64,000 bases of DNA from Ylistrum balloti (GCF_031769215.1 NW_026782141.1:186001-250000); one strand, 5' to 3'. Positions 1 to 14,400 are shown, counted from the first letter of the stretch. The notes: generated from the sequence alone by a model not told the origin. Made by a program: numbers and translations.

Positions 1-1063
1 AATTGCATTGTTTTTCCTGTTTAAAAATGTTCAGTGACATAAATAGTGCAAATTTGATTTGAATGAAAACAATGAATCGAATCTAATACAAGATTGACTT
101 CCCAATGTTATTGTAAGTGAAACATCGTTTTCCAACACGGTTTGTTATTGCTTATCGTCATCTTTGTTAGAATTCATTACATTTAAAAGGTGTAAATCTT
201 TCCTAGTTAGAATTTCATTGATTGCTTTTGAAAAACAAAAGATACAAAATCATCTCCTTATGTTCTTATGAAAATAGTGCTCCCCAATTTACCATTTAAA
301 CAAATATGTGATATTTAATTTGCAAAATTTTGCAAGATCGATTTGCTGAAACGTTCGGGTGGCCCTGATTGCGTCATAACATGTTTGCTTTGTTATAAGC
401 CCACAGAATGAAATATTTGTGTTAATTTCAAAATCATCAGATGAAAAGTCCAATGGAATAGTAAAATTTCAACTCAAACAGAAATTTTAGTTATCAGAAT
501 ACATCCTTGTATACCCAATACTCTGCAAACATATATGGTTCAGTGACCTTTCAGTTCCGGATTTCTCGATGCAATATATCTAGACAGTTTGGCTGGGAAT
601 ATTTCTACTTATTTCGCTTGTCGAAACTGACCACAGGAGAAATATGTTGTTGCTAACAATAGTTTTACAAATCATTAGAATGAGGTCTTAAAAGGTACAA
701 AACAGCCAGGAATTTCGCAACTTACAAAGCTTCATAGCTAAAGATTTGGTTTTTGTGACCATAGAAAAGTATCTAACTTGGGTGAAATAAAAAACATATC
801 CTTTGACCATTCGTTGTAACATCTCTTTATCCCATTATTAATTAACTTAATGTTACATATAAATATAATACCTTCGCAGGTGCTTTTACCCAGAAATCTG
901 TTGGTCATTGGAATGCTAAAATCACACTTAAAACCAGCTGTCTTATCCTTTTGATGTATTTGATATTAATAAAAATTTGTGGAAATTCAATGAAATTATG
1001 ACATAGTACATAAAGCATATGTAATATTGGTATTTAGCTATAATGTATAAAAAGTGTACCAAC

Positions 1064-4000
1064 TTCCAAAACTCTTCCACGGACGACGTATGTACAAGTC
1101 TAGAACCATTCCCTCCATCAGTAACCAAAGTCACGTGTGCAGAATACGTCGACTGGAAAAAAAGATATATTGGTTTCAGTCATTGCATTTAGTATGGAAC
1201 ACGACAGTCGACAGCATGTCTTCGGCAGTGTGATAGCACTATAAAGTCGACTTCGTTGTGCGCTATTGCAGGGATATTTACTTGAACATACCGCAGCCTT
1301 CTTACCCAAAAACACAGGCACTTGGTTCACAAAAATAGGGAGGCCCTCCTTAAATGATCTTAAGTGTTGATTGTACGATAATACTTAATTTAAAAAACTG
1401 TACCGGTTCTGTGCTGTAGTTGAAGATGGAACTGGCGTTGGTAGTTAAGTATCTTGCATAGTGGCTAGACTGGATACAACCGTTAGTATTCCATTCGTTG
1501 TCGCATGTTGTCCATGGAAGCTCAGTTGAACACGAAGCGACAATATACTGAATAATCCATGGTTTTTGTATCATAACGTAGGTTCCAACGATCCAGTTAA
1601 TGATGAGAAAGGTTATTCCAAGCCCTGCGAAAATACGACGTTGATAGAATATTTTATCTTTAATGTCATCTAACTAATCATGATGGCCGTTAAAGGAAGC
1701 CTTAAATTAAATGAGATGGTAATGCAAAGGTATGAAAGACGGATAAAACCGTCTATCCGTCATATAAATTAATCAATTAAATTCAAAAACGCATTCTCGT
1801 CCGCTTTATATTCGTATGAAATTGTTGGATTTGTCAACAGACTCAAAAAATCGCCACAGAAGTGTTTACATCAATTTTATCAATGCACTTAGCTGCTCTG
1901 AAGATAAAAAAGTGCAAAACATTTGGACCGTTGCAATTTGTATTACTTGCCATTATTTGAATGCAACGTTTAAATTCATGTAACTCGGGATACAATGCCA
2001 CACGCGCGCGCGTACTAGGTACAGCGAAACTGAATCCGCGCGGAAAAGACCAACACCGTCAGACGCGGTAGGTTCTCGTTGTTTTACTTGTATTATTTGT
2101 ACTTGCTTTATAACCAAACCATATTGGGAAATGTCGAAGTAGTACAATTGTAGTAACACTCAACGCCCCAAAAACTAAAATTTGTGCAAATTGAACATAC
2201 ATCATCCGCACACACGCAGAATACAGCGAGATAGGATCATTTTAAATCGACAGTGTTTTATAACACTGGAGACGCCTTTGTTTAATCTTTCAAACATTTA
2301 GTTTCACACTTCAAGAGGCGAGTGATGGAGTGATGTGCGTGGAGCATTAAAACTTACCTGTTCTCTGATGAAAACGTAACAGGTTCGGATGCATACGGCT
2401 AGGTACCCGTGTAACAAACACAACACTTAAAATTTACCTGAGTATATGTTTTCGTTTACAAGGTGAGATAAATATAGACGTAACGAAAAAAGAATTTCCC
2501 TTCCGTCGGTGTGAACCTTTAGATGATTCTTTGCCTAGACAAAGAGTGGTATTCATTTGATTTTTACATACATAACGCCAATATGAGTGTCTGTACACTA
2601 AAAATGGTCATTTGAAGCACTTTGCAAAAAATAAATAAATAAATAAATAAATAAACAAACAAACAAAAAACAAAAAAAATCCCTTTTACGAGTATATGTA
2701 ACTATTCAGTCTGTATCTGATATATCTACATGTGTCTTGCCTAGAGATGTATGACCAAATAAGGAAATCTACTTAGCAGTACTCATAAATGTTTTTAAAA
2801 TATATAAACCCTATTACACATGTATTTATACGTCAGTTCTAAAATTACATCAAGCACGATAGAATCGCCTATCTGTAAACGTCACTATAATTATCACCTG
2901 ACTATCTATGTAAATGTAAAATGACTATTTTAACGGTTTTTTTTTTTTTTTTTTTTTTGGGGGGGGGGGTGGAGGGTGTTGGTGGGGATCGTTATAATAA
3001 GTCGGTCAACAGTCACAACTGGGGTTGCACGAAAATGAATTCTAATACTGAATCAGACATATATTCGAATAATGATTTCTATCAAATTGACATCCCCATC
3101 TTTGAGCAATATTTTTTAATGCAATTGTTTGCTTATCTGTATTTTACAAATAGGACGTGCAATATATTTAATTCCCTCTGTTCTTTGTAATACAAGAGCA
3201 TGATATTACATTTCAAAATTGGTCAAATAAGCAATAATGAAGTATAACCTTTATCTGTTTGTCGACAATTGAGAAACAAGCCATCAGCTCGCATTAATCA
3301 TTTCTGTTGGCATAAATGTAAGCATGCTAAAGGTCTAAAACTCGGAGGAAACCCCATATCTTTTCACGTCCTCTCGAGTGCCACAAAAAAGGGGGCAAAA
3401 TGTGTTTTCTCATAGTCATCTTCCATATGATAATAAAAGTGATATTTTCAATTTCCCTATTGTGAATTCACCATTTCTGGATAGCAATATCTCTGCATAC
3501 CCATCCTGTAGTAATTACATGTCGCAGTTGATTCGGCCTTGATCCCGTGATCACAATTTCCGTGCAAGAAGTCGGACAAACTCGTAAAACGTTGTTTAAA
3601 ATGATGCAGGTTGATAAAAATTATATGGAAGTATTCTATATCTGTATACCATGTGAACCATAAGCAGTTATCTTAGCAAAGTCATTTTATAAAGAAATTT
3701 ACTTTGAAATACGAAGGTATAGTAAGAAATATGTACACTGTTCCTAGATTGTGATAAGGTGGGCGATCAGATGTTGGTTTACATATAGTCAACAGTCTTT
3801 CTTAACTTATGTTACACTTGTTTGTTCTTCCATATCAATATTTGCTTTCAATTTGCAGATAAAAATATCCCCAGGAAAAACTAATATGCTTCTTAATTTG
3901 TGTTCAAGGGCTATTGCGTTTGTTATTGCATCAAAACGTCGTTATTATAATGTTATACCTGGAGTTACTCCACTAAGCTCACTCAAATTATCCTAAACAT

Positions 4001-5091
4001 TCGTTCATGGTCAGGCTTCAACGCGTACTTTTCATAGATGACAGTGATGTGGAAGATGGTACTAAGAAGGGATAATATTTCATAGCCGACTGTTTACATG
4101 CAGTGCTGTGGATGATGATACATAGGACAGAGAATGTTTTATAGCTGATTGTTTACTTACAGAGCTGGAGATATTGATACGGTTGGGATAACATATAACG
4201 CACCAAATTCTTCTTGCGCAGATAGGATAGCACATTTTGTGCGTTTGGTAAAAATGGTTGGCTAATATTACGAATTGAAAACTGAGTTATTACTCAATAG
4301 CGATCACTTCGGATATTCTTCAATAAAACATTTATAAAAAATGATAATCACCAACCTCTAAACAAAGGGCAGAAATCCCATACACGCCATGTCCCTTTTC
4401 CAGCAAATTGTGACGTCATTATTTCCAGGAAATATAGTGGTATGCCACAAACCAGCATGAAGAAAATATAGGGGATCAAAAATGCACCTGTAAAATAAAA
4501 TCATCGACCAAAATATTATTGATGCTACCTTAAGCGATACAGTCTCTCAATATTCAATACATATCGGTAATTAATCTAACAACCATGTAATATGCATATA
4601 TTATCTGTTATTGATAATTCCACATGTCATTCCATTTATATTAATTCAATTAATTAGAAATCCTTAGAGAAAATACCAAAAAGAGTATTTCTTCGTATCA
4701 ACTTCCCGATTTTTAAACTAGTTCGTTACTAAAGCGAATTGGTGATCTTTGCTTGTAATGCTTTTGTTTCGTCACTATTTTTCCTGATGTATGTTTCTTA
4801 TCAATTAAATTTTCGTTTTAAGTCAATAGACAAACAAAACCACGTTTATCTGTAGACACTTCTGTTCTGACTAATCTTAGTTATCAAAATAAATTTCGAA
4901 TTTCAGTAATATTTCTTACCCCCTCCATTCCTGTACGTGAGATATGGCACCCTCCATATGTCTGTCAAACCTAAGGAATAACCGAGAAGAGAGATGATAA
5001 ACTCCTTTCTAGACGACCATTTTACTTTGCTTGATTCTGCCAGCACTACTTCGTTTTCTTCGCTAGCCTGTCTGCCTTGGTTATCGTTCAT
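1064..5091 (-). CDS. SLC6 (sodium:neurotransmitter symporter family) transporter, 5' part, coding exons 1-4; the rest is not found in the window
   Basis: GT-AG exons 4920-5091, 4356-4487, 1404-1624 and 1064-1152 join in frame: ...KWSSRKEFIISLLGYSLGLTDIWRVPYLTYRNGG|GAFLIPYIFFMLVCGIPLYFLEIMTSQFAGKGTWRVWDFCPLFR|GLGITF...ELPWTTCDNEWNT...|...SSVEEFW. These match SLC6 TM1-TM3 and EL2 motifs. Subfamily not assignable by eye. Confidence 0.9.
2628..2679. repeat. (AAAT)n/(AAAC)n microsatellite
   Basis: Directly visible tetranucleotide run in SLC6 intron 2. Confidence 0.9.
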
Positions 5092-5879
5092 TATGACAGG
5101 TTATTCATTAAACACATGTACACGGAAACTGGTGAACAGGTTTGCATCAGGATGTGTAGTTACGCTAACGGCCAAGCGTGAGATATTAAAACGTATTCGA
5201 CTTCAATTATATACGTATTAGATTGTTGAAAGATATCGGACAAACCACGTGATATTGTTATAAAGAGGAGGAATCTGATTTAGGTTCGAGTTTCATACTT
5301 TCATTAGTGATAACACACTACTAAGCTTTAAATGCAAACGAATTCATTATTTTTATTTCCACAAATGTACAAATTCGCGAACATATCATACATCAATTGG
5401 TAGATCTATAAGGAGAGTTCTTTATTAGTTATATTAAATGTTGAAGGCAATATTACGCTAAGTTTTTTTCCGGGACAAATGACATCTGCATAAGTCTGGA
5501 ATGGTGTTGTTGTCCATCGTCCGCGCAGATAGATGTATTACTGGGCGCTGTTTCTTGATGAAGCAAACTCCCTCTGAACGACTATACAAGACCATGGCTT
5601 AGAGGTTTAAGTATCTTCCGACGTTCTTTGATATCCAAGATTGTAAAATAGAAACAAACGTGAATATCACTTTTAATACCAAGTTAGAATTAGATACAGC
5701 AGAGAAGCACGTTGTATTCAGTCATTAGGTCTATAAGATACAGACTAAATAACAAAGGTCAATTTATAGACATATTTCTGTACAATAAAGGTTCACACAT
5801 ACTTAGGTTTTATGTACATGATGGTTCAGCTTATTTGTAAATGTATGGTAATTAAGTCAGGTGATCACTGATTGGTCAG

Positions 5880-6480
5880 TATAATTGGACCCTGTGGGGC
5901 TTCGGTGATCCCAGTTTGTCCGACCTGGGGTCAGTTTGCCCCTGCGGGGCTATTGAAAACCCCACTTCAGCAGCATTTTTCACACTTCGACGCCATATTG
6001 ATTTTTTTATTTTCTCTAGAAGTTTTCTTCTTATTTACAGCCTATCTTTATTATTCACCTGGATTGATTTTACAACACGTCCCACCAACCACCCCATACT
6101 ACCGCCCTTTAATTGGTATGTGTGAGATTTTATTTCTTGTCTTCTTAGTTTGATACCGGCTGTGTTTGTACAGGGACGTCCCTGGTTTGTAAAGATAGTT
6201 CTTATCAAATTTTCTGTATATAACACACTGTTTGTAAAGGTAGTTTTCATCAAGATGTATTTATGTGTATATAATTATGTTTGTAAAATTGTTATTCATA
6301 AAGAATATGTATGCATATTAGATAAGCAGAGTCCCGGTGCTTCCCTTTTGGTCATTTTGCCTATCCGCCGGGCGCAGGTTTCCTCTCAGAGGTTTTTCTT
6401 GAAGTCCACTATGATCGCGAAGAAGGGGTTTGAAAGTTTGGTTTTTACTCGAACGTAGGCGTAGTTTCGCTCACCTTTTC
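5880..6480. mobile_element. GC-richer repeat-like island, possibly a terminal remnant of a DIRS/tyrosine-recombinase retroelement
   Basis: Sharp composition shift, short hairpins and a CCCACCAACCACCCC tract. The family call rests only on remembered resemblance; no coding domain seen. Confidence 0.3.
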
Positions 6481-8499
6481 TGCAAATATGTTACTATGAA
6501 AGTTTTATATGTACATGTTAATTAAACAAGGTTAAAATAAATGGCTTCCCTATTCTAAAAAAGAGTATGCCAAGATTTTACCGCCAATTTGATTGTTTGG
6601 TATTCTTTCCTTGACATTTAGAGCAAACAGAGCTCGAGGTATGGATCATTTCTTTTATACTTTAGCAGGACAAAACGATATATACCATCGTAATTTATAG
6701 TAAACGAGTTTTTTGGTCGCCCGAGCACACATATTTCCGCTCTCTAAAATGAGAAAGTATACGCCATAAAGACTAATTAACGCAGTGTCTAGTGTTATTT
6801 CAAAACTTGTCGAATTAATCAACAACGATCACCATTAAATACGCAAGTGATCGCTATTAGTCATAACTTTACGAGTTTTCCGTTTAATTTCCGTAATATT
6901 AGTCAAACATTTAATGTGCGATGCTACATCACAGTTGCACGCCAGATACTGCAAGGTGTGGGTGATCTGTGTCATCACAACGGTAGCTTATCCGTTTTCT
7001 ATCAGATTTGATTGAAAAATCGATCACGTGAAAAAAGGATCTTAGATTCGTTTTACATTTGATATGTAATTTATGAAACTCGCGAAAGGCTCACTGAAGT
7101 GAAACATACCAGATTTGTTTCATAAATTCCCATATCAAAGGAAACTCCTGTATATACATGTATTAATATTGTCGGAAGCTCAAACATCTACTTCTTGTGC
7201 CAATCAAATTTTACTTGTAATGCTTGCTAACCACTTTAACAATCAGATTGAGGGTGTTGTTGAAAACTTTATTGATGTTAGGGATTTCGGTTATCTAGAC
7301 TTTGCTGACGCTCAATGGAAAAGCCAGTGACAGCAATGCAGGAGGGGATGTTTATAGTAAGGAATGTTAGAATGGATGCAAGGAATTTATATTATTTTGA
7401 GCGTCTTGCTCTAAACCACCATTACAAACTAACGGGACTATTCCAAGTAATCAGAGCCTGAATTTGTAGCTTTAGCATTATGCCTGATAGTGCCATGACA
7501 TGTTCTGAAGATGTAACTAAACTTTCCTCTATATGTCTCCCTGGGCAATGACTTAAGCCTTAATGAGTTAAGCTTTCATTCCGGAACGTTGTCCGTAAGT
7601 TTTGACATAGTTCCAATGTAGTGTGGTCAATATAGGAAAAGTGTCTGGGTTATATTCAACATTGTCCATTATTTGTTATTATATTGTTTTTGTTTTCTTA
7701 TGTTATTGTGTGGATACTTTAGGTGCTATAAAGTCACATGAAAATCCCGAGACAGAATTCATTTCTTTTAACATCACGAACAGAAAACACCCCCAGTAGA
7801 AGATAAAAAGCTGAATCTTGGTGGTGTTAGGACTCAAAATTTTGCAGACATTCACTACTACGAAAACCTACGTCACTAGGCTTCCGTATAAACCCTGCCA
7901 AAACGACTTACAAACCATCGGTTTGTCAGAACGCCCATAACGATCAGCACATTTAACAAAGAAAAAAATGGTCGAAACTCCACATTCTCCAGTTCTGGTG
8001 CCTCTACCATTGTTGGAAAAAGACAAAACGAAGAACATTGGACACCGATGCTGCCAACTCCCAGCAAAAACAAAACCATTTAATTTTCATGGAAACACCA
8101 GAGAAAGTTTTGAAGAGAAGTCAGACATACTTATCATCGACGTTAGTCCCAGCAAAAAGATGAATATGGGGCTCATGACTCCCAAAACAGTTATATGAAT
8201 GAAGTAAGGGTCAAATGACTTATTAATCACTTATTTGGTTTATACACAAAGACTAGATTGAGACCGAAAACATCAAAAGAAAAAAAGGCGAAACCCAAAT
8301 GGAAGAGAAAGAAATCCATTTACAAATTCAAATAAATTCCCACGTGAGAAGCATCCATTTTTGGGAGAATATCAACAAAAATGGTGTGGAGAAGTATTCA
8401 AGTGGCTGACAAATCCAAAAGACGAGATTTACCTGTCTATATTTTTTTTATATTATGTAAGGGTTAGGATTGATTTTCAGAAACAAAATGATGTAGTCT

Positions 8500-9450
8500 C
8501 CAAAGAGACCAACCTCCTCTAGTAACAGGGTTGTTTTGGTCACTTTAAAGTGATGGCTTCATATATTTTCAAAATTCTGTAACCCATTCCAATTTCTAAT
8601 GCTTGAGTACACCACGTATCTCGCATAATATTTGGGTCGTCATGACAACAAGGGTCTTTGCTCTGTTTCTCTGCACAGTTGTGACACAGTGCAAATGGCC
8701 AGACTGAATCAGTGAACAATGGACATTAAATCTTTTGTAATAATGGTGGAGTGTTTGAGAGGGTATTTGTCATATTTGTTTACAAATGGATACAACAAAG
8801 TTAAATCAAAATACCGGAAATGCATTTTTCTCCATCGTGCGCTTTGTAGTGTAATGGTCTTTCCACCCCCAATGAATCAAGTCTCTCTTGTAAACCGAGA
8901 TTCTCGACAAATTGTCTAATGCATTCATGGCTTTGAAATCATACTCCCATATACAAACATAATTCATTTGATATACTTCGCTTTCCCTTAAGTAGGATTA
9001 TACAATTCATTCAATGACAAGCCCATCCCAAACTTGCGCTATATTAATAATATCTACAAAACAGTCGGTGCGGTAATTTGAGTCCGGAATGTGTCATTCA
9101 CTCCCTTTCAGAGCGTGACGAACGTGAATTATATCTTTGCGAGCGGAGAACTAACAAATCTGGATTCTTTTGTGAATAAATTTACAAGTATCCGTCTTGT
9201 TTCAAATGTAGGCAAACTAGTCTGTCATTATATTGTTTTGTCGTAGTTTTGCCTCCCATTATTCCTTTACAAACTTGGTCCTGTAAACTCTAGAACATCC
9301 CTCGGATGTCTGCCCAGGCATCTGCACCTTCCCCTCGTCCCCAGTAATAGAAGTTTTTTGAAAGTCAAACTCACCTTTCTCAAAATATCAAATCGCGCCT
9401 ACAATTATTCACGAGTTCTCTTTGAAAATGGAAATTCCTTTCCCAACATT
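8500..9450 (-). mobile_element. Decayed Maverick/Polinton protein-primed DNA polymerase B fragment
   Basis: Across frameshifts and stops: ENLGLQERLDS..LHYKAHDGEK, YFDLTLLYPFVNKYDKYPLKH (PolB DxxSLYP motif A region), FALCHNCAEKQSKDPCCHDD..RDTWCTQALEIGMGYRILKIYE. The order matches Polinton pPolB. The right boundary is approximate. Confidence 0.8.
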
Positions 9451-9864
9451 GAATCAGACCCATAATAATGTAAGTCAGGATAGGGGCCGCAGTAATCTGA
9501 TTATGTGTTCTGTTAAAGAAATAAGGGAGATAACCCTTTTTCAAGTCAATAAACATGAAAGCATCTGGTAATTGTATTGGTAGAAAAAATAACAGAATCT
9601 ATAAATCGAAGGTTGAGTCCCTCTTTATATAGCTGTTGACAGTTTTTTGAACCCGTAGAAATAATGTTTTCGGGTCATAATGAATTATCTTAGATATTCC
9701 AATAAGAAATACACATCATATCCCTTCATACTACACGGCTCATATGTGAGACGTTGTCTACACCATCCCAAAATGGCCCATGTACCACTTGGCTCGTCAT
9801 CATTAAGTGGTGCTGATGATGAAAGGGGGGTGTTCCCATCATTAAGTTTACCCGTGTTCTTGAT

Positions 9865-10471
9865 GGTTTAATCCTGTTTGTCCCAAAACTGAACAAATCT
9901 ATGTCCTGTTTGTCCCAAAAAAATTATGTACACAAATAGGGCAGTGTGTTGTTATAACATTTAAGATACCTGTGTGTGTTGTTTTAACAGGTAAAGAACT
10001 TGTCCAAAATTTTGTACCGGTAAACTTACACAGGTAAACCGTAAAGCCATTTGCAACATTTTGAAAAAATCAAATACAAATATTATTACAACTTAAACTA
10101 ATATATATGCATGTATGAATAATTAATATGAATTAAATAAAATAATTTAAATAGGATATCAGAAACAAATTATTTTGTTAAAATATATCTTTAAAATATT
10201 TTATGTAATTTCATTTTGTATTATATATATTCAAAGATTTTAAAAATTCAGATTCAAAATATCTAATATAACATTTTAAGAAATTGTGAAAAATACAAAT
10301 GGTTGCCTAAAACAGGTAAGTGGAATAAGAGGAAGTAGTGAACATTCAAACCCTATATTAAAAATGAACATCCAAGCTAGATATGCATAACTGTACTGAC
10401 ACAGTAGTCACCAATAGGATGAGGTGAACTTCCATGCCATCCTGAGTGAGTAGAAATACCCAAGCTGAAAA

Positions 10472-10507
<36 letters not shown>

Positions 10508-11450
10508 TATTGGAAGGGGGCAGTATCATTGTAAACATCGCAAACTATCAAGTTAAAGTTCAGTTTACAACCAACAAGCAAGGTGTAGGACTTTACTTCA
10601 GGCCGGATTCCGCTACATGGTGTAGAACAACTACCGATACACCACCTACTGGAGATGCTGCATTCGGAACTGCCCTGCAACAATCACCACCACAAATGAC
10701 ATCCCAGTAAAATTAGGTCAACCATCTATGACGAAGAAATTGCCAAAGTACAGACGCAAAACTGGACAGCTGAGACTAGACAACTGGCGGAACAGATACC
10801 CACCTACACATCGTGTAAGACAACCCTCTACCACAGCAGAGCCAAACTTCTACCAAAGCTCCCAACCTCAGCAGCAGAGATTATTCTAGGACGAATGGAC
10901 ACAGATCAACACCGGGGACCAGTTTCTCCTATTCGACGACAACAGTGACAACACACGGATGCTAGCTTTTGCCACTGCAACAAACCTGGAGATCCAATCA
11001 ACTACCGACACACTCTACTGCGATGGAACTTTCTACACATGCCCAAGATTCTTCAGCCATCTGTACACGATCCATGCTATGATAGATGATCAAATGTACC
11101 CGCTCGTATTCGCCCTTTTACCAAGTCATCTACACCAGATTCATGGAGAAGCTAAAATCTATAGTTATGTCCTGAACTGTATAGCTGAGCATAAAATGTA
11201 TACTGTACCACATCCTTCCAAGTTTAATTGTGTTGCAAGTTTAATTGTATAATTATATAAAATGTACATTACATTTTGTATATTATAGTGGTATGTAGTG
11301 CTGAATTTACCTGTATCTTAAATAAAACTTTTGGTAGATTAATTGCTGGTTTGTTTTCTTAGCCATTACAGACTTATACATATTTAATCTTGTTTTGTCC
11401 AAAAAATATTTTACCTGATTTTTACGTTTTGGGACAAACAGGATGACACC
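9865..11450 (+). mobile_element. Mutator-like (MULE) DNA transposon, internally deleted/defective
   Basis: Inverted termini GGTTTAATCCTGTTTGTCCCAAAA (9865-9888) and TTTTGGGACAAACAGGATGACACC (11427-11450). Internal ORF 10959-11252 has LYCDGTFYTCPRFFSHLYTIH..YPLVFALLP, a MULE transposase core. No TSD recognised. Confidence 0.88.
10474..10503. repeat. (TA)n microsatellite inside the MULE
   Basis: Directly visible. Confidence 0.95.
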
Positions 11451-13299
11451 TCTACCTGTGGCCTCTCGTGCTTACGACTCGATAACCGCTAAGGGGACGT
11501 AACCCATGATATCCCATAGAAATAGCTGCATGTGTTTTGTCTCTTTGTAACCTAATCGAGAAAATTGCCACATATTCAACAGATGAGATTAACAACAGCT
11601 TACATACATGATATACATACACGTGATTCTCTTTCACATGACGGACTCACCCTCTGAATAACAAATGTCTACAATATATCACCCTAGCTACACCCTATTG
11701 TATTCTTAAGTATAATATAATACTTTCACAAAATCTACAAAACCCTAAAGAATTCATATGAGCTCAACAAGTGACTTGTACGGCAGTCCGCACAATAATG
11801 TCAGTACAGTTCTCCCGGTCCTTCTTATAAAACACTGGGTTGATCCCTCTACCATTCTGTAGTGACGAATACAGATACCATTGCCACCTGACAAATATCT
11901 ATGCGCAGCATGTCTCAGTGTTTCATATATATGATAAAATGAGAGGTATTAAGTATATAAACCGCACTGAAGCTTCCTCGTAGATAAGGTCGTTACTCTC
12001 ATGTCAATGACAGAACCACTACTGCCACAACACACCGCTGGGCCTCCACAGTGTCCTTAAAGATGTCGTACAACACGGTGGCATATATATTATGTTAACA
12101 CCCCTGAAAAGACTCAAATCCATGCAGTACATACCGCCAGGCAACTAGACAATGTGTCCTTTAACACCTTAACTCCAAGGAAGTTTTAATGACAATAAGT
12201 AAAATATGTCATTTTGCTTCAACATGAATTGTTATCCTTTTCCAGTCAGGTTTTGGAAGCAACCCCCTTATATTTAGAACCATGGAAATACAAGCTTTCC
12301 GAATCTTTTGACTTAAATCATGTTTTACGAATAATGATGTTACCATAGCAACCAGAATTTTAAACATTTGAAAAAATCAATTTCCTATCATCAGCAAATG
12401 TTTTCGACGATGGAAGATAGTAATAAAAATAAATCCGAAATTCACAGTATTGTGAACTACTGGAGTAGGAACCTAAGGATATGTATATACCAGAAATTTA
12501 CTGATTCATGGTTGTTGCCATGGTTACAAGCTCGTTTTTCGAATAGATGATGTTGTTAAAATTAGCAAATTTCATTTTGGTCTGCCCAAATTTCATAACG
12601 TAAGAAACATTTTGTATGACAGTATTAACAGTATAGTAAACCAACAGAATATATAATAGGGAACTGAAAAACTTATTTGTTTCACAGCGAAATTACTTCT
12701 TTTCATACATATCGGTATTTGTGTTTGTCTAAGTGTGAATGAAATAGTATAAAGATGGTCCACTCCAGTATGGGTATTAGATCAAAACAAAGAGATCTCA
12801 GGTATTATTAACTACACCTTTGTCAGGTTTTCAAAGCAATCTGCCTGTACTATTACACGATGAGAAAAACTTGGAAAACTGGGAAAACCGACTGAACTGA
12901 ATATTCTCTACTTGAAATTAAAAAAAAATGGAAGTTTGCATGGGTGGCGAAGAAGATGTTCAAGCATCCACAGAGAGATAAGGACTGTCGTTAAACTTAA
13001 TGAACACAATAATTGTCGTAGTCTTGTCGCCGGTTGTTTTCAGCAAAAGCATTGATGTGAAGAAAACACAACTATAAACATTATTTAAACCTGTTTCATT
13101 GCACAGACTTATATGGGTAGCAATAATTGGGCACAAGTTCTATAAGCCTTTTCAAAAATTATTAGTTTAAGACGTTAATATCGTATTTCATTTATAAAAA
13201 TGTCAGCGATATCATTCACAAATATTAATAGTATAGAATATATGAGGAAGAGCTGGATAGAGAAATTCAATCATATGCTAGCTAGAATATTTTTGTTTC

Positions 13300-14400
13300 G
13301 TGGATATATTGCCGAGTATGCAAAATTACGATTTGGTTTTCTTGTTGAGAAAGAGACGTGTGTCACCGAATAGAAGTAAATTTAAGTTTAAGGGTATGTA
13401 TTAACTATGTTGACGAAACATCTTTATTCGTTGGACAATATAATTATCACAGAGAAAAAAGAAGTGATAGGTATCTTCAACAGGAGAGCCACATGTACAA
13501 CGTTCGTTAATAGATAGATCTACTCGAACAATATCACTTTTATCGATCCAGGTCTTGACGGTCCATCAATAGTTTCTCTCCAGTCCCGTTCAATGTGTTT
13601 ACTTGTTCCGATCTTTTAGATTTTGGAGAGTGAGAAGCGATTTCATCGGTCTTTTTAACACGTAAGCTTTCTGCATCCAAGAGGAATTTTCGCCGCTTTA
13701 GTGCTGGCTGCTCTATACAGCTGACAGATCTAATGTCATTGTGAGCGTCTTCGTGTCTGCAATACTATTCAACATCCAAAAGTTTCCCGCAAGAACAAAA
13801 CGAGCCAATGAATTCTCTCGGTATACCTGCCAAATATCCCAAGTCGTAATATACATTTTCGTGCTCTCTATACTGTTCATAGGTCGAATTTTCTTTTCCG
13901 CGCCACGAACATGTGAAGGCAGGTGTCCCGCAAAAATACAATTTAATGTGTTTCCTTTAAATATGCTTAGAAGGGACATAACTCTGTCATTTTTAGCTAC
14001 AGTAGCTCTATACGCTTACCTGATACGTGTATGGATGTGGGTCCGTTTACACATTACTCGTGACGGTTTTTAGGAATTAAGTTTCACGCTAGATATCATA
14101 TTCCAACCCTTTTGTAGTAGATATGTTGATGATACGATTCCGTATAAGCCAGTTTGCGTCGGTCACTCTGCTCCACTGTACGGGTGATGATGATAACAAC
14201 TAGGGGTAAATAACATCCAGATTGGTTAGCTTGACTACATCGCGTGTCGATAGTCTTTGTAATGATTAACTCTGAATGTATTTTTTCTGTACCGAGTGAC
14301 GATTTTCCCCAGAGGTTACATTCTAACCTAGTGTAATCAATGTAAATAATTGGTTTACTCCGAAGTACTGGAGTACTTTCTAATTGTGTTTTCATATTAT
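13300..14400 (-). mobile_element. Heavily decayed non-LTR retrotransposon (LINE) 3' fragment
   Basis: Minus-strand translation gives CTCGSPVEDTYHFFFLCDNY (~13440-13505), the LINE ORF2 C-terminal CCHC-type motif. Faint post-RT motifs lie upstream, with many stops. Confidence 0.55.

Noticed and set aside
1301-1350. 43-nt AG/GT-bounded mini-exon in SLC6 intron 3
   Set aside because: Inclusion shifts exon 4 into a frame with a stop; direct exon 3-4 splicing preserves the SLC6 frame.
4030-4195. Degenerate 3 x ~60-bp repeat in SLC6 intron 2 with one sense GTAAGT
   Set aside because: Does not match the exon-2 end; too degenerate to count as a donor-echo array.
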